Assembly: GCA_011109175.1 (NCBI GenBank)
Contig: RDEW01000009.1
Location: 67,735-131,236 of the forward strand
Reading direction: 5' to 3'
Source: Dicyema japonicum
Lineage: Eukaryota; Animalia; Dicyemida
DNA length: 63,502 nucleotides
Shown here piece by piece: positions 23,878 to 34,852 of this stretch. Position numbers and translations under genes: made by a program. The first letter of the stretch is position 1, and the number at the start of each line of letters is the position of its first letter. The notes beneath the pieces were generated by a model. The model had not been told where the DNA came from. It saw only the letters and a program-made list of their open reading frames with translations, and ran no database searches.

Positions 23878-25075
23878 ATGAACGAGGAAATGGATTACAC
23901 TCCTGAAGTTTATGAAATGTACCGTTCCTCCGACACAGGCATATTTTCTTCTTACTTAAGGTGAATAATGTCTGTCATTTGCCTTTCTTGATTTTCATAT
24001 AAATCAGCCAATGACTTACCAATTAACGTTTATGATTGCTTGTTGGACGCAGGCACCCCACAATATCCAAACTACATCCACATTATGAAGATGACTAACC
24101 TTACAAATATCATACACGACTCAGAAGAAGAAGAGTCTGATGAAGACGATCCTATCCCAGAACTTTCTTCAGTTTCCATTTCTTATCAGGATTTCGTTAA
24201 CAAACTGAAGACTCACTCGTCATTTTCGTCAAACGCCTGCGTTTACTTGTATGACATCTCCCAATCTATTAAGAATTTAGAAAAGTTACTCATATATAAT
24301 AACCCTAGTTCACAAAAATCACAGAAAAGGGCAGAACAAATCAAACCCTTTTTCACATTTCACGGACATTTTTTCGAAGGGTACGCCTTGGATTGGTCGA
24401 AAATATCCCCCGGTTTGATAAAATGACTTACTCCTAGTTAGGATGCTCAGTGGAGACTGCAGTGGGAAGCTTTTTGTGTGGGAGTGGGTGTCTAATGGAC
24501 AGTTTTCAACAGTACCTCTGCAATGGTGCTGCCACAAGGACTCGGTTGAAGACCTTTAGTGGAGCAATCAAAGTTTATCCGTTTTCTATTCCCTTATTTT
24601 AGGTTTTCGTCACATGTTGACCGGTCCATTAGGATGTGGGAAATTCGATGCCATGATTTTTTCCTTGGTATCGAGGATGCTCATCCCAGCGATGTGAATG
24701 TGATCAGTATCTATCCGACTGAGACCTTTATAGTCTATGGAGGGGACGAGGAAGGTCTTCGAATGTGGGACACGAAGAATTCGAGGTTTCCTGTGTGGAA
24801 GTCGACCTACTATAACCAGGCGGTGACCAGTGTAGAGTGGAGTCATGTGGACCCTTCTGTGTTTGCAGCATCCTCTGAAGAGAACTCAATATCAATGTGG
24901 GACTATGAAGCTCAGTTGATTGAGGAAGAGGATGAGGACCCCAATCTTTTGATTGATCATAAGAGAATAATGGATATTAGGGAAGTTCATTGGTGGAAGG
25001 GACTTCCTGGTGTGATTGGGGAAATCTCAGCTGATGGTTTTGATATTTTTAAGACAATTCCTGCAAATTTTAACA
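23878..25075 (+). pseudogene. GRWD1: GRWD1/RRB1-like WD40 ribosome-assembly protein, intron-retaining pseudogene
   Basis: Motifs YEMY..CLSF, MKMTNL, EGYALDWS, SGDC, SVEDL*WS, DVNVIS, VTSVEWS and REVHW. In-frame TAA at 23966-23968 and TAG at 24557-24559, plus frameshifts. Introns 23939-23960 (GC-AG), 24413-24437 and 24581-24602. Confidence 0.82.
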
Positions 25076-25399
25076 TTTTTATTATTATTATTTTTTTATG
25101 TTGTTTGTTATGGTTGCCTATCGAAATGAGACATACCAATCAAATTGAGATATTTTCTATTGATACGAGACTTGTAGTACCCAAAATAAGATATTCTCTA
25201 TCGACAGGGGATGTAACGCTGATAGACCTCTTACATAGTAATCACTTTGACAAGGTTATATATTAATGGGAAAACTCTAACGGAAGTCAATAATAATTCT
25301 AGGAAGATGAATTAAAACTGACATTGGTTCTAGCAACACTGCGAGCTGCAACAGCCAAACAGCTGAGTTATCTTCAAAATGGGCGGGAGTATTATATTT

Positions 25400-28010
25400 T
25401 AGAAGATCTCTAGAGTCATTTATAAAACATCCGTAGACATCCTGATGCAGTTCAACGAAATAAGAGCTAAAACCCTTTCTGTTGTTAAGAGTCCAACTCG
25501 CTTTCCCCGTTTAAGAAAGACAACCACAAAATGGCCGAGATCCAAGTGAGACCTGTTGAAGTCGTGCTGAAGAGTTTGCCTCAATAAGCAAAAGAGTAAG
25601 GATAGTCACGGTACCAGTTACCGTGGATCTCCAACCTACATGGATGCATTGAGAGCTGCAATACGGCTTTACTCGATGAAATAGACCTACCACCACGTCT
25701 AGAACTCGTACAAGGACTTTGACTTCAAAAGTCAAATTCAAAGCTTCTCCAGAAGAATAAACTGTCAGTCGTCAGGGATTGAGACTATATCAAGGTTTTG
25801 ACATACATAATAGATCCCCTAGGTAAGGAATGCGTGATGGATCCGATATAAAAATACCCTAAAAGATTTTTGATAAAACATAAACTAGGATGATTTGCCC
25901 ATAAGAATCAACTTAACGGAATAAGGGGGCACTTAATTCCCACCGAAAAAAATCTATAGACACCACCCTCCCTTGGACATTCTCGCACGATGCATTGCGG
26001 AATATCGAGCCTTCCCGGAGGAAATCCTCAGCCCATACAAGAGAAAAGCACTTTACTGCTCTCCAGCTAAAGGTAAATGGAATTAAAGGGAAAATCAGGG
26101 AACTCACTCCTGGCAAGTCAAAAGATCAACGTGGCTATGATTCAAGAGACCAAACTCACTTTTAATGACCCTACCCCTATATTCCCCGGATACAAGACTA
26201 TCAGGATCTTCACTTTATTCAAAAAAAACTTGAAATGCAGAGACATCTCTCGGAAGTGAGGAAACTCGTTGGGGATGATGAGGTTACCGAAATAATTGGA
26301 GTCTCTCTCGGTACAACGAAAGGAAGATTATGCCTTGTGAATATCTACGTCCCTGCCCAAAGAGCTATGTAATGCCAAACCTATCAAGAATATTTTTCCT
26401 TCGATGAAAATCATCTCTTGTGGCTGTCAACTCAACTAGCTGACATGAGGAAACTATTGTTATCGCAAACGGACTCCCTAACGATATTTATTGACCCATC
26501 GATAAATACAAGGATACCACTGAGAGAGACAGATAAGCCTACCTCACCCGACGTAACACTGTGCTCATCGTCGCTTTCATCAAAAATTGATTGGTCAGCC
26601 GCCATCTACCAAGAAAAAAGTTAAAGTAAACAACTAGTTAAGTGTATCCAGTTTCCACTTCTACACCACATGGCGTCACGCTGAGATTTTCCGGCCATAA
26701 TCCGATTGTGGTGAAGATCAAGAGAGAGGCCAACGTGAGGAGAATTCATAACAGCCACAATTACTTGAATAATGAAATAAAAGCCAAAGAGCTCAGAGCC
26801 CAGAGGTTGAAGTAGAATCGTGTGCTTACAACAGTAACTCGAATCGTAGTACGGGAGAAGTGTAGAGAGCTATTCGAAACGTGGGGATGAAATTTCATCT
26901 GAGAAGGATAATGTTCAAAGAGATTTCTACACAAAAATTTCAAACAAGGAGCACAGAAAGTCGCATACAAGTTCTCGGAGGGAGATGTGAGGGATACACT
27001 ACATTTCTCAAAAACAGTATACTCTCACAGACCAGACAACACTCCGCTTATTCTATTGAAAAATGTTGGAGACAAGGGAGTTACCTACCTAACGTCGATT
27101 TTCTGCTATTCAATTAACCAAAATGTGATACGATATTACCTCCATTTTCCTCATTTTTATAAAAACATTAACAGTTTTAACATATTTTCCATTAATTTTA
27201 TCAATAAGTAAGTATTTTTATGAACATTTAAGCATGTTTTCCATTAATTTTGTTGATAACTAATGTATTTTTTTAAAACAGAAATTTTTTTAATCTATTA
27301 CACAAAAATAATCTGTTATTTTGTTTCCTGTTACAGATTTTTTCATATGTATGCCCAACATTTTTCTGAAATTGTGATAGTCTTTTAACGCACTGGGAAA
27401 CAAACCGTTAATATTCTCCTCAAGGTTTTTCATTGCTGTTATTGTGTCCAAATGTGAACAGTTGCATTCAGTTTGGTCATATAACAACTATTCATCATTT
27501 TCTTCCTTTATATTCGTGATATAGCCCCTAAAAACTGAAATTACTGAACAACCTTTACTAATTTGAATCTATGTACAAAATCTCGATCAGTAAAATGTTC
27601 ATTTTCACTTATTTCCTTAGCAATTTCAATCCTTAACTCAAGACTAAGCTGACTAGCCATAACCATAAGAATGCAAAAATTACACGAGGCTTCAAAATAA
27701 AATTTTATATAATTAATTTTAATATTAATAGCAGATCCACATCTACATACTTACAAACATTGACTGACTTCATTCGCCATACAAGCCGGGACGCTTAAAA
27801 AACTGTGCTCTCCTCGATCGACATATTCAAAGCGTTTGACTCAATCAAGAGGAAGATACTGTCGAGAAAAATATTTCATTCGGAGATCCCAGGAGAGATC
27901 TAGCTTTGAATCACCAACTTCCTAAGTGGACGAAGGAGCGTGTATGCATCAAAGGACTAAAATACATCTCACGTCTCCTCCCCAAAGGAGTCACTCAATA
28001 AATAAATTAT
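25400..28010 (+). mobile_element. Degenerate Ingi/Jockey-like LINE, interrupted at ~26610-26670 and ~27120-27780
   Basis: APE fragments INVAMIQETKL, NIYVP and PDVTLC. RT fragment SIDIFKAFDSI...NFLSGRR at ~27810-27940. Confidence 0.7.
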
Positions 28011-28746
28011 GCTTGAAAATCCAATGGCTTTCCCTGTCCTGAAAATAAGGTGTCCTTTATCATGAATGCACAATTGAAGAGATATTGCACGTGTCAGGCA
28101 ATAGTTACCACATTGAGATGTCGAAAATGACATGGAATCGTTAGTAACAACACCAACGGGTGACTTACGGCGGGCTGCTGAGTAAATTTTACCGAGGCGG
28201 TGAAGATGGTTTCATAATGGCGGGCAAGATCACAAGTGACTGGCATGAACACAGAATTGCAAATTGGTGTAGGAGAAAGGTTTCCTAGAAATGCATCAAC
28301 TGAGTTTTATCCCGGGTCTATCCTGCAGTAATTGTTTATTCTACCTCAGTTAAAAAATATCCAGGAACTCCAAGAACTTTCTAAATGTCATATGTCTGGA
28401 CATTTTTCAATAGCGTGAGCTTTCAATAGCGTGAGTCTCAGGTTCTCTATTTCCAATATCCCGCGCACGATATTGACAAAGCGCACATTCATTAATTCCA
28501 TGTAAAAAATTACTGAATTCAGTTTTTCTCGAATATGATTATCCTCTTCTTACATTGCCAATGATAGAATCCATAACTCTTTTCTTAAGAGTATTACTTC
28601 CTCCATCTTCAAATACCCGATATCCACTGACTCTCTCCCACATTTCCCGATTTAACATTGGAGCAGAATTTTCGGAATTCAACTCAAAACCAACAATCTG
28701 CAAGAATTTTAGATTGTCAGTGAAAATAAAATGGTAGTGAGATATT

Positions 28747-29028
28747 TCAACATATTAGGATCCTCCTGATTAATTTGAAGTCTTGGAACTTAGAGTTAAG
28801 GATCCTGCTCAGGGGTTCCATTACCATAACAAATAGTTGCGGGTATAACGAATCTCCTTGCAGAATTCCACGTCTCAGCTTTACAGAACCAAGTGGAGAT
28901 TTGCAGTCCACTTCTTTGACTATGGTCTTCACAAAGTTAGCATCCAATGGGGTACTCCAGAAACCGTCCAATACATTAAATAAAAATTCATGGTCAACAG
29001 AATAAAAGGCCTTCCTCATATCAACCAA
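28747..29028 (-). mobile_element. R4/Dong-like RT fragment
   Basis: DMRKAFYSVDH and VKLRRGILQGDSLYPQLFVMVMEPLSR. Confidence 0.75.
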
Positions 29029-29119
29029 TTCTCCCCTATATGTCTGCTTACCCTCTTAAAAATTGTGCGTTCAATAACCTTCTCGAAAGAACATATTAAG
29101 ATAATTAGCCTGTAACTTG

Positions 29120-31427
29120 CCGGATCTCTCTGTTTTTGGAATCATCTCACTACTGATTTTTTCCATTGGAAGGATCTTTGACTCCCAATGTAGATGATCG
29201 ACAAAAGTTGATCTGAGACATCCAGTAATTATCCTGAGCGCGATGTTTTGTACTTTTTGTAGTTTGTCAATAGAAGTAAGAGAGGCAGAGGTTGACCAGC
29301 AAGGGCTTCCATAGTTAATAGTTGTTCGAATGAATTGTTTATGATGGTTAGGGATTCTTTGCTTTGGCCAAAGAAATGACCTGACACAGCTTTAAGTATG
29401 TTGATCTTGTGAGAGACGTGAGGAATTCCAGATACAAGAATTTTGTTACTTAGCCGCGCCTTGATGTTCGATCGAACGCCTCGGTTAGGTCGATCGATGC
29501 GAAGATAGTCCGTTTGGGAGGATTATAATTGTTAAAACCATCAGCGATATATTGAGTTAGGGTAGAGAGATGTGTTAATGTTGAGTATTGTGGACGAAAT
29601 CCATGTTGAAAATCAGGGAAGATACTTAAATATTAGTTTCAGTACAACACGTTCAACAATTTTCGATACTACAGATAGTAGTGAAATTGGTCTGATAGAT
29701 CCCAGATCCGAAGGGTCTTTCTTGGGCTTCAGGATTGGGATTATTTTGGATTTTTTCCACAGTGAAGGAATTTTGCATGCGTTGATAGACACAGAAATTA
29801 TGTCTGTTATTGCTTTGAGTCCTTTCGTTCCCAGATGCTATAAATGCAGATTCCATCAAGCCCTTTGGCAGGAAAGTTTTTGGCGTTTTTGATGAGTTTT
29901 TCGACATCAGACGTACTGATTTCAATCGGTTTTTCTTGAGGAGTTTTAACGTTTTTCAATTTGCATGGACGAGAGCATTTGTTCATGTCTATGTGACTCA
30001 CTTTTGCGTAGTGGTCCATTATGACATCTGCCTGATGAGTAAAATCACGTGGTGTTTGATTCTTGTCAATACTGGTGGCGTGGGTTGTCTCCATTCTATT
30101 TTGTTTCGACTGAATTCCACGTAAAGTGCCCCAAAAATCCTTTAATTCTGTTTGGTGGTTGATTTTTGTGATGAAATTGTTCCAACGGTCCAATTTCCTC
30201 TTGTTGATTAATTCTGTAATTTCGCTATTAAGGTTGGATAGTTCGGCCGTATAAATTCTTGATTTTTTGAGTCGACGTCTTGTATAAATCTTTTCGATAA
30301 TTACCTTAGTGAAATTGGGATTATAGTCTGCAATGAGTCCTCTTGGAATGTATTTCTTGTCGGCACTGAGGATGACCTCATTAAAAAATTTCATTGCGGC
30401 GTCAAGCGATTTGAAATTCTCAACGGAAAAGTCGGATAGAAATTTTTCTGTTTCTTCTCTGAATGAATCCCATTTTGCACGTTTGTAATTCGTTATAGTT
30501 TTCCGATGCCTAACAATAGGCGAGAGTAGTTCGATTGACAGTAGAATAGGATTATGGCCCGAGTGTAGGTCATATACAATTCTCCAAGATATCGCCGAAG
30601 ATAGTGATGGAGAACATAGTGTGAGGTCAGGTGATGTATTAGAGTGTCCAGGTCTGGAAGCTGTTCGAGTGTGATTCCCTGTCATTGAGGATAACTAATT
30701 GTTATAGTTGAGAGAGGACCTGAAACCCCCTCTCATTACTCTTTTGGCCGATTAGCCAGAGAGGATCTTTTGCATTTAAGTCTCCGCAGATTATCACATT
30801 TTCAATCTTTTGAAATTCGGTTAGTTTAGGGGAGTAATGTTTCATACTGGGACTTGGTGGGGGGATGTAAATATTTACAAATGTATACCTTGTGTGGTTT
30901 ATTTTCACCCAAGACGGAAGTAAGTTCGATGTGATCGTCATCTTCAAACAGAGCTTATGTCTGAGCGGAAGTATCGGAGAATGGAATAGATTTGTGTATG
31001 AGTATGAGAACACCGCCTCCTCTGTTTGAATTTGGTCGATCACAATTGAGTAGTCTTCGTAGTGTGGAAACGTTGACTTTCTTGATAGTTTCGTTTCCTG
31101 TAGCATGGCAATATCAATTTTGTGGGAAGTTAGAAATGGAAAAAGTTCATTTGATTTGTGTGTAAGGCCATTTATGTTGAATTGCATGATATTGATAAAT
31201 TTCCCGTTTTTATGGGGCCTGGGGTTCTGTTCGATGTCCCCAGCTAGGATTAGGAGTAGCCAATCCGATCTTGGGGAGCGAAAGCTACGCGCCCGCTCAA
31301 TAGCCACCATCATCCAGTCCGAGGTCGTTGAAAAGGTTGACAGGGGAATAGAAGTGGTTCTTTTAGTTGCCAGTTTTAATACGGGCATCCAATTTTCTCC
31401 ACGTGAAGGTGAACCACATCGAAAATT
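29120..31427 (-). mobile_element. 5'-complete Ingi-like LINE (ribozyme, 2A-like peptide, APE, internally deleted RT)
   Basis: LLLILAGDIEQNPRP directly precedes APE (QFNINGL, MLQETKL, NIYIPP, GDLNAK, SPDLTL, HSGHNP). Downstream IDLTEAFD and LQKVQNIALRIITG. Confidence 0.88.
31354..31427 (-). ncRNA. Predicted HDV-like self-cleaving ribozyme at the LINE 5' end
   Basis: Manual fold: P1 AATTTTC/GAAAATT, P2 GTGGT/ACCAC, P3 TCA/TGG, L3 CCTTCACG, GG after P1 for P1.1, P4 TGCC/GGCA, J4/2 ACTAA with candidate catalytic C at 31366. Confidence 0.72.
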
Positions 31428-31532
31428 TCGAGATCACTTAATTAAATTCTCTTCGTAATTAATTGACCACTAAAAATAAATTAGGTAAATATTTATTTTT
31501 AAATAAGAAAAAGTAACTTAAAAAAACTATTA

Positions 31533-32855
31533 CAGGGTTTTCCTATTTATTTAATAACTTTGTCATAAAATTTAATAACTTTGTCAAAAAATTTAATAAC
31601 TTTGTCATAAAATTTAATAACTTTGTCATAAAATTTAATAACTTTGTCATAATGTTTAATAATTCGTCAAAATATTTAATAACTTTGTCAAAATGTTTAA
31701 TAACTTTGTCAAGGGTCAAATTAAAAGAAACCAATTTTATAATTAATTGAAAAAAACAACTATAAATTAAAATTCTTCATAAGCCAATGCTTTAACTAAA
31801 TAGCTCCGCATGTGGCTATACAAATTATTGCACACATCTGATGGAATTTCTCCGATGTTTTGGATTGCGTTTATTAATTCCTCAGAGTACCTACAATTTT
31901 TCTTTTTGATGTTATTTTTCCAAACAGAAAAAAACTCTTCAATTGGATTGAGTTGAGGATCTTCCAAATTTGGATCTCATAGAACAATTGACTCCCATTT
32001 CGTTTATAAAAATAAGCCGTTGATTATCAATTTCAATTATTTTTCTGGCAAATCTATATATTTCTTCCATATTTGTGTAGAATTTCTCGCCATAGGTACA
32101 AATTGAATCTTTTTAAAACTATATCCAAATGTATCTAGCGTCCTATTTATTGTCGATAAAGAGACATTTTTTCTTTGCACATCAAATAAAGAATTTTTTA
32201 AATTCTTCAGAGTAAATGAAGCATCTTCTTCAATTTTTTTAGTCAAAAATAAGATGTCCGATGAATTAAGTTTTTTCTTTCGTCCACAATTATTTTTTGT
32301 TGAAGCAAAACTTCCTGTATTTTTGTATTTTTTGACGATAGAAACAACTGTCTGATAGTTAATACAGATGTCTTCGCTTATTTTTGAATAAGCCAACCCT
32401 GCTTCATATTTATTTATAATAAGTTTTCGGTTATCCTCGGATACAGTAGTATTTTTGTTTTTGTAACTATTCATTTAATTCAATTTGCGCTAAAATTTGT
32501 ATTTATAGGAACTTAATAATCCAATAAATATAAATAATGATCTAATAAATATAAATAATGATCCAATAAATATAAATAATGATCTCAAAAATATAAATAA
32601 TAATCCCAAAAATATAAATAATAATCTTTACAAAGTTATTAAACATTTTGACAAAGTTATTAAACATTTTGACAAAGTTATTAAGTATTTTGACGAATTA
32701 TTAAATTTTTTGACAAAGTTATTAATTTTGACTATTAAATTTGACAAAGTTATTAAATTTTATGACAAAGTTATTAAATTTTGACAAAGTTATTAAATTT
32801 TTGACAAAGTTATTAAATTTTATGACAAAGTTATTAAATAAATAGGAAAACCCTG
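31533..32855 (-). mobile_element. Tc1/IS630-type DNA transposon, copy 2 (DDE core deletion)
   Basis: Same TA-flanked CAGGGTTTTCC termini and 21-bp arrays. Intact N-terminal HTH region (MNSYKNKNTTVSEDNRKLII...) and QLNPIEEFFS...EEF* end. The middle is deleted. Confidence 0.92.
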
Positions 32856-32879
32856 TATCTCTAAAAATCTTATTCGTCC

Positions 32880-32975
32880 TTATTTACCTCAGACCGCCGG
32901 ACTCGTCCTCTCATTTGTCGGTTTGGGATCACTTAGTTAGATGAGAACTTTTATTTCTTTCTCTTTGACCCAGCG
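32880..32975 (+). mobile_element. 5'-truncated Ingi-like LINE tail
   Basis: ~80 bp nearly identical to 38090-38165 (ctcgtcctctc...gggatcacttagtt...tttgacccag). Confidence 0.7.
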
Positions 32976-33739
32976 ATCCCCATCCACAGAGAAGTTGTGT
33001 TTGATCCCAGAAGGCGCACGAGGAGAAATGAGAAATCTGATAAAGGCCTTCTAGATCACTTAATTAATTTAGTAATTAAATTAACTATTGGTGTTCTTGA
33101 GTTAATAATAATAAGGTCATACATGCAGAGCTTCTGCATCAGATCGATAAAACTTATCACTTTGATCTCTATGGAGTTATGGAAAGTGTAGTCACAATAA
33201 TTGATCACAATAGTCAAAAAGGGGATAGATTTTGTGTTTGAGTTATTTCCTAAGTAGTCACTTTTCCTTCTTTGAAGGTTAATACTAATTAAAAGAGAGG
33301 AGTTCGTGAAAGTTGAGCTAATTTATCATAGATATTCTCTGTCGAAAAAATCGGTGGCCATAAAAATGCGACCTTTAGCTGTCAAACCAATTCAAGTAGT
33401 TGTATTTTGTTGTTTTTGGAATTTCTGAAAAGATCGGCAACATCTACATAAGAACATGTGTCACATAAATCAAGTCCCCTGCTATTTACATTGGGAGGGC
33501 GCTCGGCAGCTAATAACTCATCATTACCTCGTTCCACCTCCAACCCGAAACCATCAGGATTTTGTCCGGAACTTATAACACTGCGTCATCCACGCCTAGA
33601 GACCAAGGAATATATAAATGATAAGAAAACCTGGAAAAGAATCCAACCCTCATATTAGAACTACCTTACGAACTTTCTTAATTTGGGATTAAAATAATTA
33701 TTTTCGTTTTTTTATGTTAAGTATTTTGGAAGAACTTAA

Positions 33740-33860
33740 ACTCTCTCCCTCTACGATTAGTTATAATAACTGTTCTTACTTAAATAGTGTGTGTTCAGCA
33801 CGAGCGAAACCTCAGGCATCTTACGTGCTTGTGGCAACGCGGGAGTGCTTAATTATTATT
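33740..33860 (+). repeat. Dispersed ~120-bp non-coding repeat (copies at ~45190-45300 and, weaker, ~3020-3120)
   Basis: ctccctctacgattagtta...gcacgagcgaaacc...cgtgctt.tggcaacgcgggag is shared. Confidence 0.8.
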
Positions 33861-34299
33861 ATTACGCACACGAAAAGCTACGAAAAAAGTCATATCCGTT
33901 ATCTTCTGTATAGAAAAAAATACGTTTTTGTGTGTCTGTCGATTAGGTAAGCCATACGATCTTTGAGAGTGAGGTCTTTTGAGGAGAACTGGAACCATAA
34001 TGGCACCTCCATAGTTTCCAAAAGTAACACAAGCGTACAATAAGTGCGTCGGATTTAGGATGAACACTGAAAGGCGAAATGGATGCCAATGGACTCCTGG
34101 ATCACCTACGGCTGTGTTTTCCATCCTAATTTGTTGGTGATTCTTGGGTTTAAATTAATAAAGGAGATCTTTTATTCTTGAATTTTCTGACTTCCAACAA
34201 CTGCGTGTGCCTCGTCGAAATCCTCTTACGTTAAGATGTATTGTGATCTTGTGAAAGACCATAATTAACTTTCAATGTAATAAGTCCCCCTAACAAGAG

Positions 34300-34852
34300 G
34301 GAGCATATTGATATATCTGGAGATGTGCGGGCGTCTTTGGTGCTTAATGTGGATCGTGTGGACTTTAGGATTATTCAAGAAAACAAGGAAAAGTAATTTC
34401 AATAGTCCACACCGCTGTCAGAAGACTACGAGGTAAGCTAATGTTGATGTTTTGAGTTGAGGCTGTCACATATGATTTATTTCTTTAATATAGAAAGGGT
34501 TGATAGTTTTGGGTGTAGGAAGTTGAGCATTTTCCTTGCGGGGGATATCTATGTTTGAAAGAGTTATCCAAAAAGAGAAGTGATCTACGAGCTTATATCC
34601 GTAAAAGATAATCCGCTATTCAGAATGTTTAGAAGACCACCACGGTCCTTGCCAGCAATTTAAAAAATTATAGAGAAAGTCAGAACTTTGAATCCTGGGA
34701 TTAAGCCATGGTCTACGTGGTTTTTAGTAGCAAAAATAGCATGTTCAAGATCTTCTTCCTGATTCTCTGACATTTCGCTGTAGAATTGATAAACAAAGGG
34801 CTTCCTTCAAGTCCAAGCATGCGAAGACTGCTGAGGGAGGCCGGGATCACCT
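34300..34852 (+). mobile_element. Degenerate Ingi-like LINE remnant
   Basis: Ends LLREAGIT*. Upstream IIQENK resembles the APE QET motif. Confidence 0.5.

Noticed and set aside
33780-33860. Twister, hammerhead or HDV ribozyme in the 120-bp repeat
   Set aside because: There is no CUGANGA core, and the required pairings fail in the 45.2-kb copy. Kept only as a stem-loop repeat.
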